The notes below the pieces were generated by a model. The model was given only the letters and a program-made list of their open reading frames with translations, was not told the origin of the DNA and searched no databases. Source: Hypanus sabinus (Eukaryota). From it: 64,000 nt of DNA. Below, piece by piece: positions 53,536 to 64,000 of the stretch (positions within the stretch are counted from its first letter, which is position 1; each line of letters opens with the position of its first letter). Location of the stretch: positions 95,728,001 to 95,792,000 of the forward strand of contig NC_082714.1 of the NCBI RefSeq assembly GCF_030144855.1, in the 5' to 3' direction. A program made the translations under genes and the position numbers.

Positions 53536-53766
53536 CAAACACGAGGAAATCTGCAGATGCTGGAAATCCAAACAACACCCACAAAATGCTGGTGGAACGC
53601 AGCAGGCCAGGCTACATCTATAGGGAGAAGTACAGTCGACGTTTCGGGCCGAGACCCTTCGTCAGGGCAAACTGAAAGAAGAGATGGTAAGAGATTTGGA
53701 AGTGGGATGGTAGGGGGAGATCCGACATGATAGGAGAAGACAGGAGGGGGAAGGATGAAGCTAAAA
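53536..53766 (-). mobile_element. Penelope-like element end inserted in the upstream promoter of gene 2
   Basis: Flanked by 10-bp direct repeat CCAGAGAACA (53526-53535 and 53767-53776). Same family as 2496-2615, 28810-28950 and 61470-61800. Carries a hammerhead core. Confidence 0.65.
53632..53670 (-). ncRNA. Minimal hammerhead ribozyme motif (stem I imperfect)
   Basis: CUGACGA-A-GGGU(CUCG)GCCC-GAAAC-GUC on the minus strand, with palindromic ACGU stem III. Confidence 0.55.
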
Positions 53767-53776
53767 CCAGAGAACA

Positions 53777-53948
53777 GGTGGTCAGTCTCCGCTCCCATCC
53801 TGCCTCTGCCCCTCCCACTCATTAACATCTCTGGTTAATAAAGAGCCCGGTGTGTCCATTTTGTAGACATTAGAACCGGAGCCGCTCCTGGTGTTTGCAA
53901 AACAGCGCACGGTTCGTTTGGATGTTAGGACGTTCGCTGACCGAAGGA
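53777..53948 (+). promoter_or_regulatory. Promoter of gene 2
   Basis: cagtctccgc, ctcccactcatt, GTTAATAAA (53834-53842), GTTTGCAA (53893-53900) and cgttcgctg are collinear with the gene 1 promoter. Confidence 0.65.
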
Positions 53949-53997
53949 ATGTCGCCAGTTCTGCATCTTCTGTGTGCCCCAATGGTTCATTTACCAG
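53949..53997 (+). CDS. Leader exon of gene 2 (MSPVLHLLCAPMVHLP-G)
   Basis: Paralogous to the gene 1 leader, donor GTGAGA at 53998, 145-nt intron. Not present in the supplied ORF track. Confidence 0.88.
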
Positions 53998-55854
53998 GTG
54001 AGAGGCGGGTTTGTTAACGTACGAATTATCTACAAAGAAATCCGTTGAAACTTTGAAGGCCATTTTTCTGCGAGTCTTCCGCGATCGGTAACACTTCTGA
54101 TGGCTGCAAGTCACCTGGTTGCTTTATTGTGTCTTATTTCAGGTATGCTGGCGGTCCCAGTCCTTAATCAGACCCCAGTGTCCGGTCCTGTCTCTGCGGG
54201 ACAGACTGCCCGCTTAGAGTCCCGAATACAGAACGGAAGCGTTGGAAGTTGCGATTTTGGTTGGGACCGACATCGTCCCGGGAAGAGGCCGGAGGGGCTG
54301 ATAGGCCATACCACGGGTAATAACATTTACAGAGGACCCGGCATCACCGAACGTTTCCAACCGTCCAGAGACACCTCCGCCAACAGTCACATCCTGACCA
54401 TCTGCAACTTGGAGCCCGGCGACTCGGCCGTCTATTACTGCAGAGTGTGGGAAAGTGGCGTGGCTTGGTTCTATGGACCGGGGACGATCCTGGAGATAAA
54501 GAGTAAGTAAACTTCTCGTTCTATATCAAACTACGCTTCCGAAGAAATTCCTATTTCAGTTGTGCTGCTGCCTGGCTCTATACACACTCGGATGTATCGA
54601 CCTGTCTCTTCAGGGAAGAATCCGCACTCTCAGCTCGGCACGGTAGGTCATTCAAATGCTCGGGACAACGTTATTATTCAATGTGTGAATTACTTCCACG
54701 TTTGAATCATCCCACAAGAGGCAGCAGCAGGGCAGCACTCGAAATTTCCGTCTTTTAACCCGTTAATCCCTTTCTCGTATTCCAAAACCCGACAACTCAT
54801 CTCCCGCACTCAGCCCTAAACTTAATAGATATCAGTCGTCCACATGTTTACTTGCATTAATCAACGCTGTCGCAGTTTGTGACAGAGAAATGCGTCATTA
54901 CTGTCAAATAAAATGGAGGATAATAACAGACACTGAAGCTGTCTGACAGGAAAAATGCTCATCTCTCCGACTCTTTCTGTATCTTCGCCACTTCGTGTTG
55001 CCTTAACGGACGGCAAGATATCGATATCCTCATTGCCAATCCAATCTCGCTCTGCTCCCCTCTATCAACAGATTAAGCTGAAATATCCATAAGCACATAT
55101 TAGAGCACAAATTTAGATTTAATGATTTGTAGGTGTCTTTCCCCCTACCACGCCTGCTCCCCAGCTACATCCCTCACCAAAGACAACAATAGCAGGACGG
55201 CATCAAATGCGTGTAAATAAGTGGACTGCGATCGCGGTGTGAACAGTTTTGCTCAGAGATGGTGTTTCGACTGGAGTTAACCGTCTGAGAGAGCGGCGGG
55301 TACCAAAAAAATCTGAAAAACTCACATATCTAACTGCACCCTCGCGAGAGCGCAGTTCCAGACCTGAGGAGTGGGCGATAATTCCATGATAGCGTCTGTC
55401 GATGATCGCATTCTGAGCCCTACCTTTCACTGATTGTCTGTATCTTTGTGGGTGGCGCTGTTCAGGAAATGCAAACATTAATGATGATACTTTCCTCTTC
55501 CTCCCACCACCTTTCTCACACACAGGTAGCGAGAGCAGAAAGCCCTCGGTCCTCCTGCTCCCTCCCTCCCCGGAGGAGACCGGTTCGGGTTCTGCCACTC
55601 TTTTCTGCCTCGTGAGCGGCTTTAAGCCTGGATTGGTCGCGCTGCGCTGGAGCGTGGATGGCGTCGAGACGGACAGTGGCGTGACGGCAGGCGCCGTGTC
55701 CCTGGACACCGACCAGACCTACAGGCTGAGCAGTTACCTGCGGGTACTCACCGCTGCCTGGAACAAGGGCTCGAACTATTCCTGCAGCGTGAGTCACAGC
55801 TCGCTGAGCTCGCCGCTGCGCAAAACCATCTCTTCATCCGCCTGTTCGCAGTGA
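53949..55854 (+). CDS. Ig light-chain cluster gene 2 (type I / sigma-cart-like), germline-joined VJ, open frame but lacking the first V cysteine
   Basis: join(53949-53997, 54143-54502, 55526-55854). All junctions are GT/AG phase 1 and exon lengths (49/360/329) equal those of gene 1. No stops. Confidence 0.88.
54143..54502 (+). CDS. Joined VJ exon of gene 2 (360 nt)
   Basis: Acceptor tcttatttcag, then GMLA-VPVLNQTP...ARLESRIQ...GWDRHRPG...LEPGDSAVYYCRVWESGVAWFYGPGTILEIK, donor GTAAGT at 54503. Confidence 0.92.
55526..55854 (+). CDS. Constant exon of gene 2 (Ig C1-set, intact)
   Basis: Acceptor cacacag, then SESRKPSVLLLPPSPEE...ATLFCLVSGFKPG...YSCSVSH...SSSACSQ*. About 84% amino-acid identity to the gene 1 C exon by manual count (17 differences in 108). 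Confidence 0.95.
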
Positions 55855-56112
55855 GGCCCCGCCGGGTGGCAGCTCACGAACGCAGTGAAACCCGCACTGG
55901 GGTTGTGCAGCCGCCTTCTGCAATGTAATTCTGTAGCAAATGCCAGTTTCTGGGAAAATGTTTAACATATTCAGAAATAAATGTTTTGATATCCCATCGT
56001 TTGCGACGCGTAATCACTATGCTGTGTTTGAACTTCTGCTGTTTGTAGAGTGATGAAAGATTCACCAGGAGACGATGACCGCATTGTGATTGAATTTTGT
56101 AACACAGCAGTT

Positions 56113-56118
56113 AATAAA
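56113..56118 (+). terminator. Poly(A) signal of gene 2
   Basis: AATAAA in a context conserved with 7748-7753. Confidence 0.7.
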
Positions 56119-56919
56119 GAGCCAAATCAGCGACCGGTTTACAGTGGGTCTCTCTTTATTCGGCTGGTCTCTGTGGGTCGAATGAATTAAGAGCGAGTAA
56201 CATGACGAACTTGAACTAACTGACATAGACTTACAGTCAAGTCAGTTCAAACGGCTTTTCCGCCCCTGCTTATCAATGCCGATCTCTGTGTACAGCACCT
56301 TCAAAGATCAATAATCAACGTTATTCACCGTCTACAGTTCAATGTATTAGGAATTTGCTGTGTGTGCTCGCGTGACCTGAAAAAAGACATCCAAGAATTA
56401 GAATGAATAATTATATAAAATTAAAGTTAGAAGTTAAATTCAGTATATGGAATAAAATGTGCACAAACATAAATAACAGCATCTATGTACATTGTCCGCA
56501 ACATTACGAAACGAGGTTTAAAGTATTTACAGTTCATTGCAGTCATTTGGGTAATAGATGGGGATGCGGGGTTACTACAAATGGTTGATCAGATTAATAG
56601 CCTGGGGAAGTAACACAAACAGACTGCATCCTCCAGCATTTTCTGTCAGCTGCTCCGAATTTAACTGCCTGGGGGAAGAAAGTTTTATGATTGTTACGAT
56701 GGCGTGAAATGATAATTTTCGTAGTCCGATAACGCTCTCCACAAGGATTTACATTTCTGTAAAAAGGCAGCTTGCAAGATGCGCCGTGTCTGTAATGACG
56801 TTTCCTGTCCACCTCTTTGTCCTGGAAATATGCAAGTCCTCCAGTGACGGTCGACTGCAAGTTCATCTGGAAGTTCGCTGTCGATCTTGTATTTTAGAAA
56901 GAGAGAAACATCGAAAACC

Positions 56920-59020
56920 GACAGAACACGACAGGCCCTTCGGCCCGCTAAATGTGCAGAAAATATCCTTACCTTTGAAATTACCTAGGGTTACCCATAG
57001 CCCTCTAATTTTCTAATTTTCTAAGCTCCATGTACTTATCCAGGAATTTCTTAAAAGACCCTATCGTATCCGCCTCCACCACCGTCGCCCGCAGCCCATT
57101 CTACGTACTCAGCACTCTCTGCGTATAAAACCTGCCCCGATATCTCTTCTGAACCTACTTCCAAGCACCTTAAAACTGTGCCTTCTCATGCTAGCCATTT
57201 CCACCCTGGGAAAAAGCCTCTGACTATCCACACGATCAATGCCTCTCATCATCTTATACACCTCGATCAGGTCACCTCTCATCCTCCGTCTCTCCGAAGG
57301 AAACAAAAGAAAATACACTCAACCTGTTCTCATAAGGCATGCTCCCCAAACCAGGTACATCTTGTAAATCTCCACTGTACCCTTTCTATGGTTTCCACAT
57401 CCTTCCTGTAGTGAGGAGACCAGAACTGCGCACAGTACTCCAAGTGGGGTCTGACTTATATAGTTGTAACATTACCTCTGGGCTCCTAAACTCAATCCCA
57501 CGATCGATGAAGACCAATTCACCGTGTGCTTGCTTAACCATAAAGCCAGCTGCGCAGCAGCTTTGAGTGTCCTATGAACTCGGACCCTAAGATCCCACTG
57601 ATCCTGCACACTGCCAAGAGTCTTAAAATTAAGACTATTTTCTGTCATCCTATTTGACCTACCAAAATGAACCACCTTACACTTATCTGAGTTGAACTCC
57701 ATTCTGCCACTTCTTACCCCAGTTTTTTTGTCCTATCAATGTCCCGCTGTAACCTCTAACAACCCCGCACACTATCCAGAACACCGTGTGTCCTCAGCGA
57801 CTTTACTAACCCATCTCTACACTCCCCCTTCGAGGTCATTCAGAACAGATCCCTGAGGCACACAACTGTTCACCGACCTCCATGCAGAATATGACCCGTC
57901 TACAGCCGCACTTTGCCTTCTGGATCCACAAAAGCAATGTCCTCTTGGATCACATGCCTCCTTACTTCCTCAATACGTCTTGCATGGGTTATCTTGTCAA
58001 ATGCTTTGCTGAAACCTTGAAACACTACATCTACTGCTGTACCTTCATCAATATGTTCAGTCAAATCCTCAAAAAATTCAATCAGGCTCGTAAGGCACCA
58101 CCTGTCCTTGACAAAGCCATGCTGACTACTCCTAATCGTACTATGCTTCTCCAGATGTTCACAAATCCTGGTCTCAGGATCTTCTCCGTCAACTTACCAA
58201 CCACTGAAGTAAGTCTCACTGATCTATAATTTCGTGGGCTATCTCTACTCCTTTTCTTGAATAATGAACAACATCCGCAACCCTCCGATACTCCAGAACC
58301 CCAATGATGAAGCAAATATCATCGCCAGAGGATCGGAACTCTCCATCCTCGCCTCCCACAGTAGCCTGGGGTACATCTCGTCCGGTACTGGTGACTTATC
58401 CAACTTGATGCTTTCCAAGAGTTCCAGCATATCTTTTTTTTATTATCTACATGCTCCAGCTTTTCAGTCCGCTGTAAGTCATCCCTACAATTGTCAAGAT
58501 CCCTTCCCATAGTGAAAACTGTAGCAAAGTTCTCATGAAGTACCTCTGCCATCTCCGCCGGTTCTATACACGCTTTTCCACTGTCACATCTGATTGGTCC
58601 TATTCTCTCACGTTTTATCCTTTTGCCTTGTAGAATGCCATCTGGTTTTTATGGCGCCTTCTGGCTCTCCTAATTCCTTTCTTAAGCTCCTTCCTCCAAG
58701 CCTTATAATCTTCTAGATCTTTACCATTACCTACTTTTTCGAACATTTATAAGCTCTTCTTTTCTTCTTGACTAGATTTACAACAGCCTTTGTACACCTC
58801 GGTTCCTGTACCTTACCATCCTTTCCTTATCTCATTTGAATGTACCTATGCAGAACTCCACACAAATATCCCCTGAACATATGTTGCATTTCTTCTGTAC
58901 ATTTCCCGGAGAACATCTGTTCCCAATATATGATTCCAAATTCCTGCCTGATTGCTTCATATTTCCCCCTTCTCCAGTTGAACGCTTTTCTAACTTGTCA
59001 GTGGATGCTGCACCAATCCA
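56920..59020 (-). mobile_element. CR1-like LINE, about 2.1 kb, decayed
   Basis: KSPVPDEMYPR, NYRSVRLTSVVGKL, MEFNSDKCKVVHFGR, RVDSQRLFPR. Confidence 0.85.
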
Positions 59021-59309
59021 GATAGTCATGGCTGATATGAAGATGGACTCCAGGTTGGCAGTATAGAATTTCAGACTTATCATCGCTCATCTCCCGCCAT
59101 CACCTGTTCGTCCGTTGATCATCTATCTATCCCGTCCCAACCCCTTCCTGCCTGCATCGCGTTCACATATCTGCCGCTCTCTGAGTAAACCCTGACCTCC
59201 CATCGTGAGTGGTACACTGCAAAGATGGTTCCGCATGTCCTGGGCCTTCCCTCCATCTGGGTATTGTGCACTTGGAGTTTCAGAAGACCTTAGACAAGGT
59301 AACACAAAT

Positions 59310-60930
59310 GAGGCTGCTTAAGGCCGAATTTGGAGTATTGTGTACAGTTCTGGTTACCGAATTATAGGAAAGATGTCAACGAAATAGAGAGAGTTCAGAG
59401 AAGATTTACTAGAATGATACTTGGATTTCAGCACCTACGTTACAGAGAAAGGTTGAACAAGTTAGGTCTTTATTCTTTGGAGCGTAGAAGGTTGAGCAGG
59501 GACCTGATAGAGGTATTTAAAATTATGAGGGGGATAGATAGAGTTGACGTGGATAGGTTTTTTCCATTGAGAGTAGGGGAGATTCAAACAAGAGGACATG
59601 AGTTGAGAGTTAGGGGGCAAAAGTTTAAGGGTAATACGAAGGTGAATTTCTTTACTCAGAGAGTGGTAGCTGTGTGGAACGAGCTTCCAGTAGAAGTGGT
59701 AGAGGCAGGTTCTGTATTGTCATTTAAGGTAAAATTGGATATATATGGACAGGGAAGGAATGGAGGGTTATGAGCTGAGTGCAGGTAGGTGGGACTAGGT
59801 CAGAGTAAGCTTTCGGCACGGACTAGAAGGGCCGAGATGGCCGGGTTCCGTGCTGTAATTGTTATATGGTTAACAAATTAAGAGACAACGGTGCTGCAGG
59901 GAAGTTTCTAGCATGCAGAAAGCATTGGCTGATTGACAGGAGACAATTGTGGAATAAAGTGAGCCTTTTCCGGTTTGCAAATAGTGACCAGTGGTGTTCC
60001 ATAGGAGTTTCTGATGGGACTGATCCTTTTTACGTTATATTTTAATGACTTGATTGAATTAATTGAAGGTTTTGTGGCCAGTTTCTTAGAAGATACGAGG
60101 AGAGGTGGAGGGTCACCTAGTTCTGACGAAGTATAGAGGCTGCAGATGGACTGCGACAGATTACTGGAATCGGCAAAGAAGAAATTCGGTATCGTATACC
60201 TTGGTAGAAGAAATAAAAGAGTAGACTATTTTATAAATTGGAAGAAAATTCCAGAATCTGCGACTTGGGAATTCTTGAGCAGGATTTCCTCAGTGTGGAT
60301 TTGCAGGTCGAGTCGGTGGCGATAAGGTAACTGTGATATTTGCATTCATCTCAGGAGGACTGGAACATAAAATCAAGGATGAAATATTGAGGCTTTTTTA
60401 GGCACTGGTAAGGCCTCACGCAGTACTGTGAGCATTTCTGTCCTGTAATTTAAGTAAGTATGTGCTTTAGTTGGACAGAAGGTTAACGAAAATGATTCCG
60501 GGATTGAAAGATTTCTCCTATTAAAAGCGTTTGATGGCTCTGTGCCTGTACTCACTGGAAATTAGAAGAATAAGGGGGGATCTCATTGAATCCTAGCTAA
60601 AGTTATAAAGCCTCCATAGAGTGGATGTGGAGAGGATGTTCCCTATGTGGGTGAGACTAAGACCAGAGAACGCAGCCTCAGAATAGAGGGGCGACCTTTC
60701 ACAACGGATCTGAGGAGGAATTTCTTCAGCAAGAGAATGGTGGCACGTCTGCGGAGGCCAAGTCATTGGGTATTCTTCAGGCAGAAGTTGACAAATTCTT
60801 GATTAGTCAGGCCGTGAAGGAATACGGGAAGAAGGCAGGATACTGGTGCTGAGAGGGAAAATTACCCAGTAACGATGAAATGTCGTGGCATGCTCAATGG
60901 GTCAAATTGACTAATTCTGCTCAAATATCT
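59310..60930 (+). mobile_element. Two tandem CR1-like fragments
   Basis: EYCVQFWLPNYRKD...LGLYSLERRRL (59330-59773), followed by a more decayed copy. Confidence 0.8.
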
Positions 60931-61340
60931 TATGGTAGTATTCTTACTATATTCTACACGTTTCTTCAAAATTCGTTTCCCCGGACACAATTTCCCACGC
61001 TGAAAGCAATGATGACTTATCCCTAATCACACCTTGCCTTTCAAATCGCTAATGGATACTGACACTCAGAAAATCCTCCAATAACGTGTCTCCACTGGAC
61101 TTAAAATCGCAGGCTTCTAGTTCTAGGGCTCTTTCCTGCAGCACTTAAAAAAAAGACAAAGCTTTAGCCACAGACTCATCTTTTGGTTACTCACCCCTGG
61201 GTAGTTATATTGATAGACCTGTGGGACAAGATGGAGGCGAAGACAAGTTGCCAGAAAGGATACGTGACCTTGTTAGCAAGGCTGGGTGAGCAGACGGTCG
61301 AAACGTCGGAGGGCAGCAGAAATTCATAGGGTGAATTGAC

Positions 61341-61349
61341 AGAGAGAGA

Positions 61350-61429
<80 letters not shown>
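61341..61429. repeat. (GA)n microsatellite
   Basis: Seen directly; others at about 22417-22468, 24135-24178 and 52455-52500. Confidence 0.9.
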
Positions 61430-61430
<1 letters not shown>

Positions 61431-61469
61431 GCAGTGCAGTAGCATATCAAAAATAGAGATTCAACAAAT

Positions 61470-61800
61470 GCTGTTAATTCATAGCAGCAGAAGCAAAATG
61501 CTGCAGGAACACAGCAGGTCAGACAGCATCTCTGGAAATGTATAAACAATCGACGTTCAATGACAAACGGGATTGGAAAGGAAGCAGGAAGAGGTTAGAA
61601 TTTTGTTTTTGAAATTCCGTTGAAAGGCCGGGTCCTGTTAGTATGTGATAGAAGTGATGGGGAAAACCAAGTGGTTGGTAAAGGAAATGAGAAGAATGAA
61701 TTTGATATGAGAGGGGAGAGGGGCATAGGAGATAGTGAAGAAGAAGAAGGGATACTAGGGTGGAGTTGATATGCCGATGAGGACAAGAAGTAACAGCAGG
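61470..61800 (-). mobile_element. Penelope-like element end
   Basis: aaaatgctgcaggaacacagcaggtcagacagcatct, same family as 53536-53766. Confidence 0.45.
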
Positions 61801-64000
61801 GAATATAAGACGAAGAGAGGGAATGAAGAAAAGAAAAAAAGAAACATTACCGGAAGGAGGAATTGATCTTCAAGCCATGAGGTTGCAGGCGACCTCGACA
61901 GAAAACGATGTGTTTCTCCTGCACATTAAAATGGCCTCATCTGGCTTAAGGGAACCCATTGACAGACATGTCGGAAATGGTCTGGGACGAAAATTTCAAA
62001 TGTTTAGTCAGCAGAAAAATCTGTTTTTGACCAATGGAGAGGAGGACAGAGACCTCCAACCAGAATAAATTCCAAATGATGACACCCTCTGTTTGCTATA
62101 GGCACGTGAGTTCTGAATTCCACAGTGAACCTCTTCCATCTTAATCTCTGGATAAGCTACCATTTTAGAAAAACCTTAATAAAATCCATGTAGACGAAAT
62201 CCACAGCTCTACCTTCAATCGCGTTGACATGCACAGAGAAATGTTTTTCCAATTGACAACAAATCCCGAAGAATAATCTCCAGCTGACGTGAGACTAGCT
62301 GGTCTCTGTTCCACCATTAGTCCCTTTTCCCTGCTTAAACAGTGGAACTACAGTACATCCGCTCAATGCTCAGAGTCATCGCCTGTGGCCAGAGGACGCG
62401 AAGATTTGTATGGCGGTCTCAGCAATCTCACCTCTTGCCTCTGTCCATTATCAAGCTGTCTGACGTATCCGGTTACGGAATATTATCCATCTTATTGTTC
62501 TTTAAGAGACCCAACACGCCCGAATTAGCCGTTCCACACTCTGATCACCCTGTCATCAAAGTGCTTCTCCAGATTCAATGTACTCACTTATGACCTCACC
62601 GGCATCCTCTGTCACCAAGCACGTGAGCCCTCTTTATCATTGACTGTGTCACCTGCTTTCTAGCCGTCTTTTGTACGTGATCTATGGATCGAATGCATTG
62701 AAACACGTCTAAATTGATAATGACTGCAACTTTTCATTGTCCTTACTGGTTATAGGGCTTAAGATTAGCATCCTAAACATCATATACGCTTCATTTTCTT
62801 TTTCACTAAATTGGCTATAGTAGGCCTTTATGCGCACTACACATGTCAGATGCGGACTTACCTAAAAAGCAAATGTTCGCAATTAACTGTAACCGTAAAT
62901 GTTGCTGCAAACGTAATATTAGGGTGGGCAGAGGCTACATAATTCAGAAGGCACAAAGATATAAAAGCAGAATTAGCCATCGGTCTGCTCCGCCATTCCA
63001 TCATGGTTTATTATGCCTCTCAAAACCATTGTCCTGCCTTTATACGTAACTTTCGACTTGCTTACTAATCAAGAACCCATCAATCTCTTTTTTTAAACAT
63101 AACCAATAACTTGACCTCCACAGCCGTCTGTGGCAATGAATTCCACAGATTTTACCGTACCCTGGACATCATCTGACCCCTTTCGATTGCCAGTGCATCA
63201 GTTTTTAAATTAGGGGCGATAGACCGTTCAGAATTTCGAAATGCCTGTGCATTTTGTCCACGCGATGGGAATCACCATTTATTATGAACTACGTTAGGAC
63301 ATGGTGACTTCAAGTACAGCTCAGAGGCTGGGAATCCCAGACGACTAGCATTTATTGTCAGCACAATGCATTTCAAACTTCGCACAGGTCACAATTTCAC
63401 TGTAATTTTCTCTACTGGCCCCTATCCGTACAGTTCCGACAACTCGAACACAGTGTTATCCAGCACAAGGTAGATCTACTAAAGTTCACTGCAGTATAAC
63501 ACAGATCGTTCCAGCAACTCTGCCTAAATCCTGGCAAAGATGTTCAAGTGTAGCAAGCACGATCTTCTGGCTCAGAAATATATCTGTGTCCTTCAATATC
63601 TCCTGTTCTAAACCCTGCAATTCCCTCCCATACATCGCGAAGTAGCTTTACAAGAGGGTCTCCAATAAATGCAGTCGACTCATCGCCAGCTTCTGCGGAG
63701 ATTTAGGCAAGAGGACACGAATGCTGGTTTTCCTAGTGATACAATTCTCTACATGTCGGAACGTAGGACCAAACCATGATCTGTTTGGAAGTCTCTCTGA
63801 ACATTGCTCCATAGCCTTTTGACATTGTCAGTTCCTTTTGTTGAAGGCCATCGCTGGAGCTGACTTCAGTCCAGATTATAGCAGCGAGGCCCGAAAGCAG
63901 AAAACGAATCGGTATTCAATGTCATCTGCATGCGTTTGGCACGTCTCCCCCTCTTCGCGCTGCTATCATTGGTCGAGAGGTGCAGAAGACTTCGGATCCA

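Noticed and set aside
54100-54510. ORF track suggests an intronless leader-VJ gene (retrocopy)
   Set aside because: A true leader exon with donor is at 53949-53997, and the AG at 54141-54142 aligns with the gene 1 acceptor. The J-C intron is also present.
55976-55981. Proximal AATAAA after gene 2
   Set aside because: Not conserved at the aligned position in gene 1. The distal signal is conserved, though alternative use is not excluded.
1-64000. CRISPR arrays, rRNA or tRNA genes, RAG-like transposase
   Set aside because: None seen. tRNA-like boxes occur only within SINEs, and tandem repeats are microsatellites or LINE tails.

Overview
Vertebrate genomic DNA, very repeat-rich, with four N-gaps. 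The repeat families and gene content point to a cartilaginous fish, probably a ray (inference). The window is part of a cluster-type immunoglobulin light-chain locus. It holds two leader-VJ-C genes in divergent orientation: 8041-10072 on the minus strand and 53949-55854 on the plus strand. Their V and C sequences resemble chondrichthyan type I (NS5 / sigma-cart) light chains. In both, V and J are already joined in frame in the germline with no RSS. Each carries a different lesion: the minus gene has a TGA at the CDR3 Trp position, and the plus gene has lost the first canonical V cysteine. Between them lie (i) a third, orphan promoter plus leader exon (about 30660-30975) fused to flank that is paralogous to the region downstream of gene 1, so V-J-C appears deleted; (ii) a three-copy, non-transposon segment of unknown identity whose orientation tracks the two genes as an inverted duplication; and (iii) a second old tandem duplication with conserved non-coding blocks. 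The rest is CR1, Rex1/Babar-like and RTE LINE fragments, SINEs, a Gypsy pol remnant, a solo LTR with 5-bp TSD, Penelope-like ends with hammerhead motifs, and microsatellites. Alignments and identities were done by eye, and repeat boundaries are approximate.
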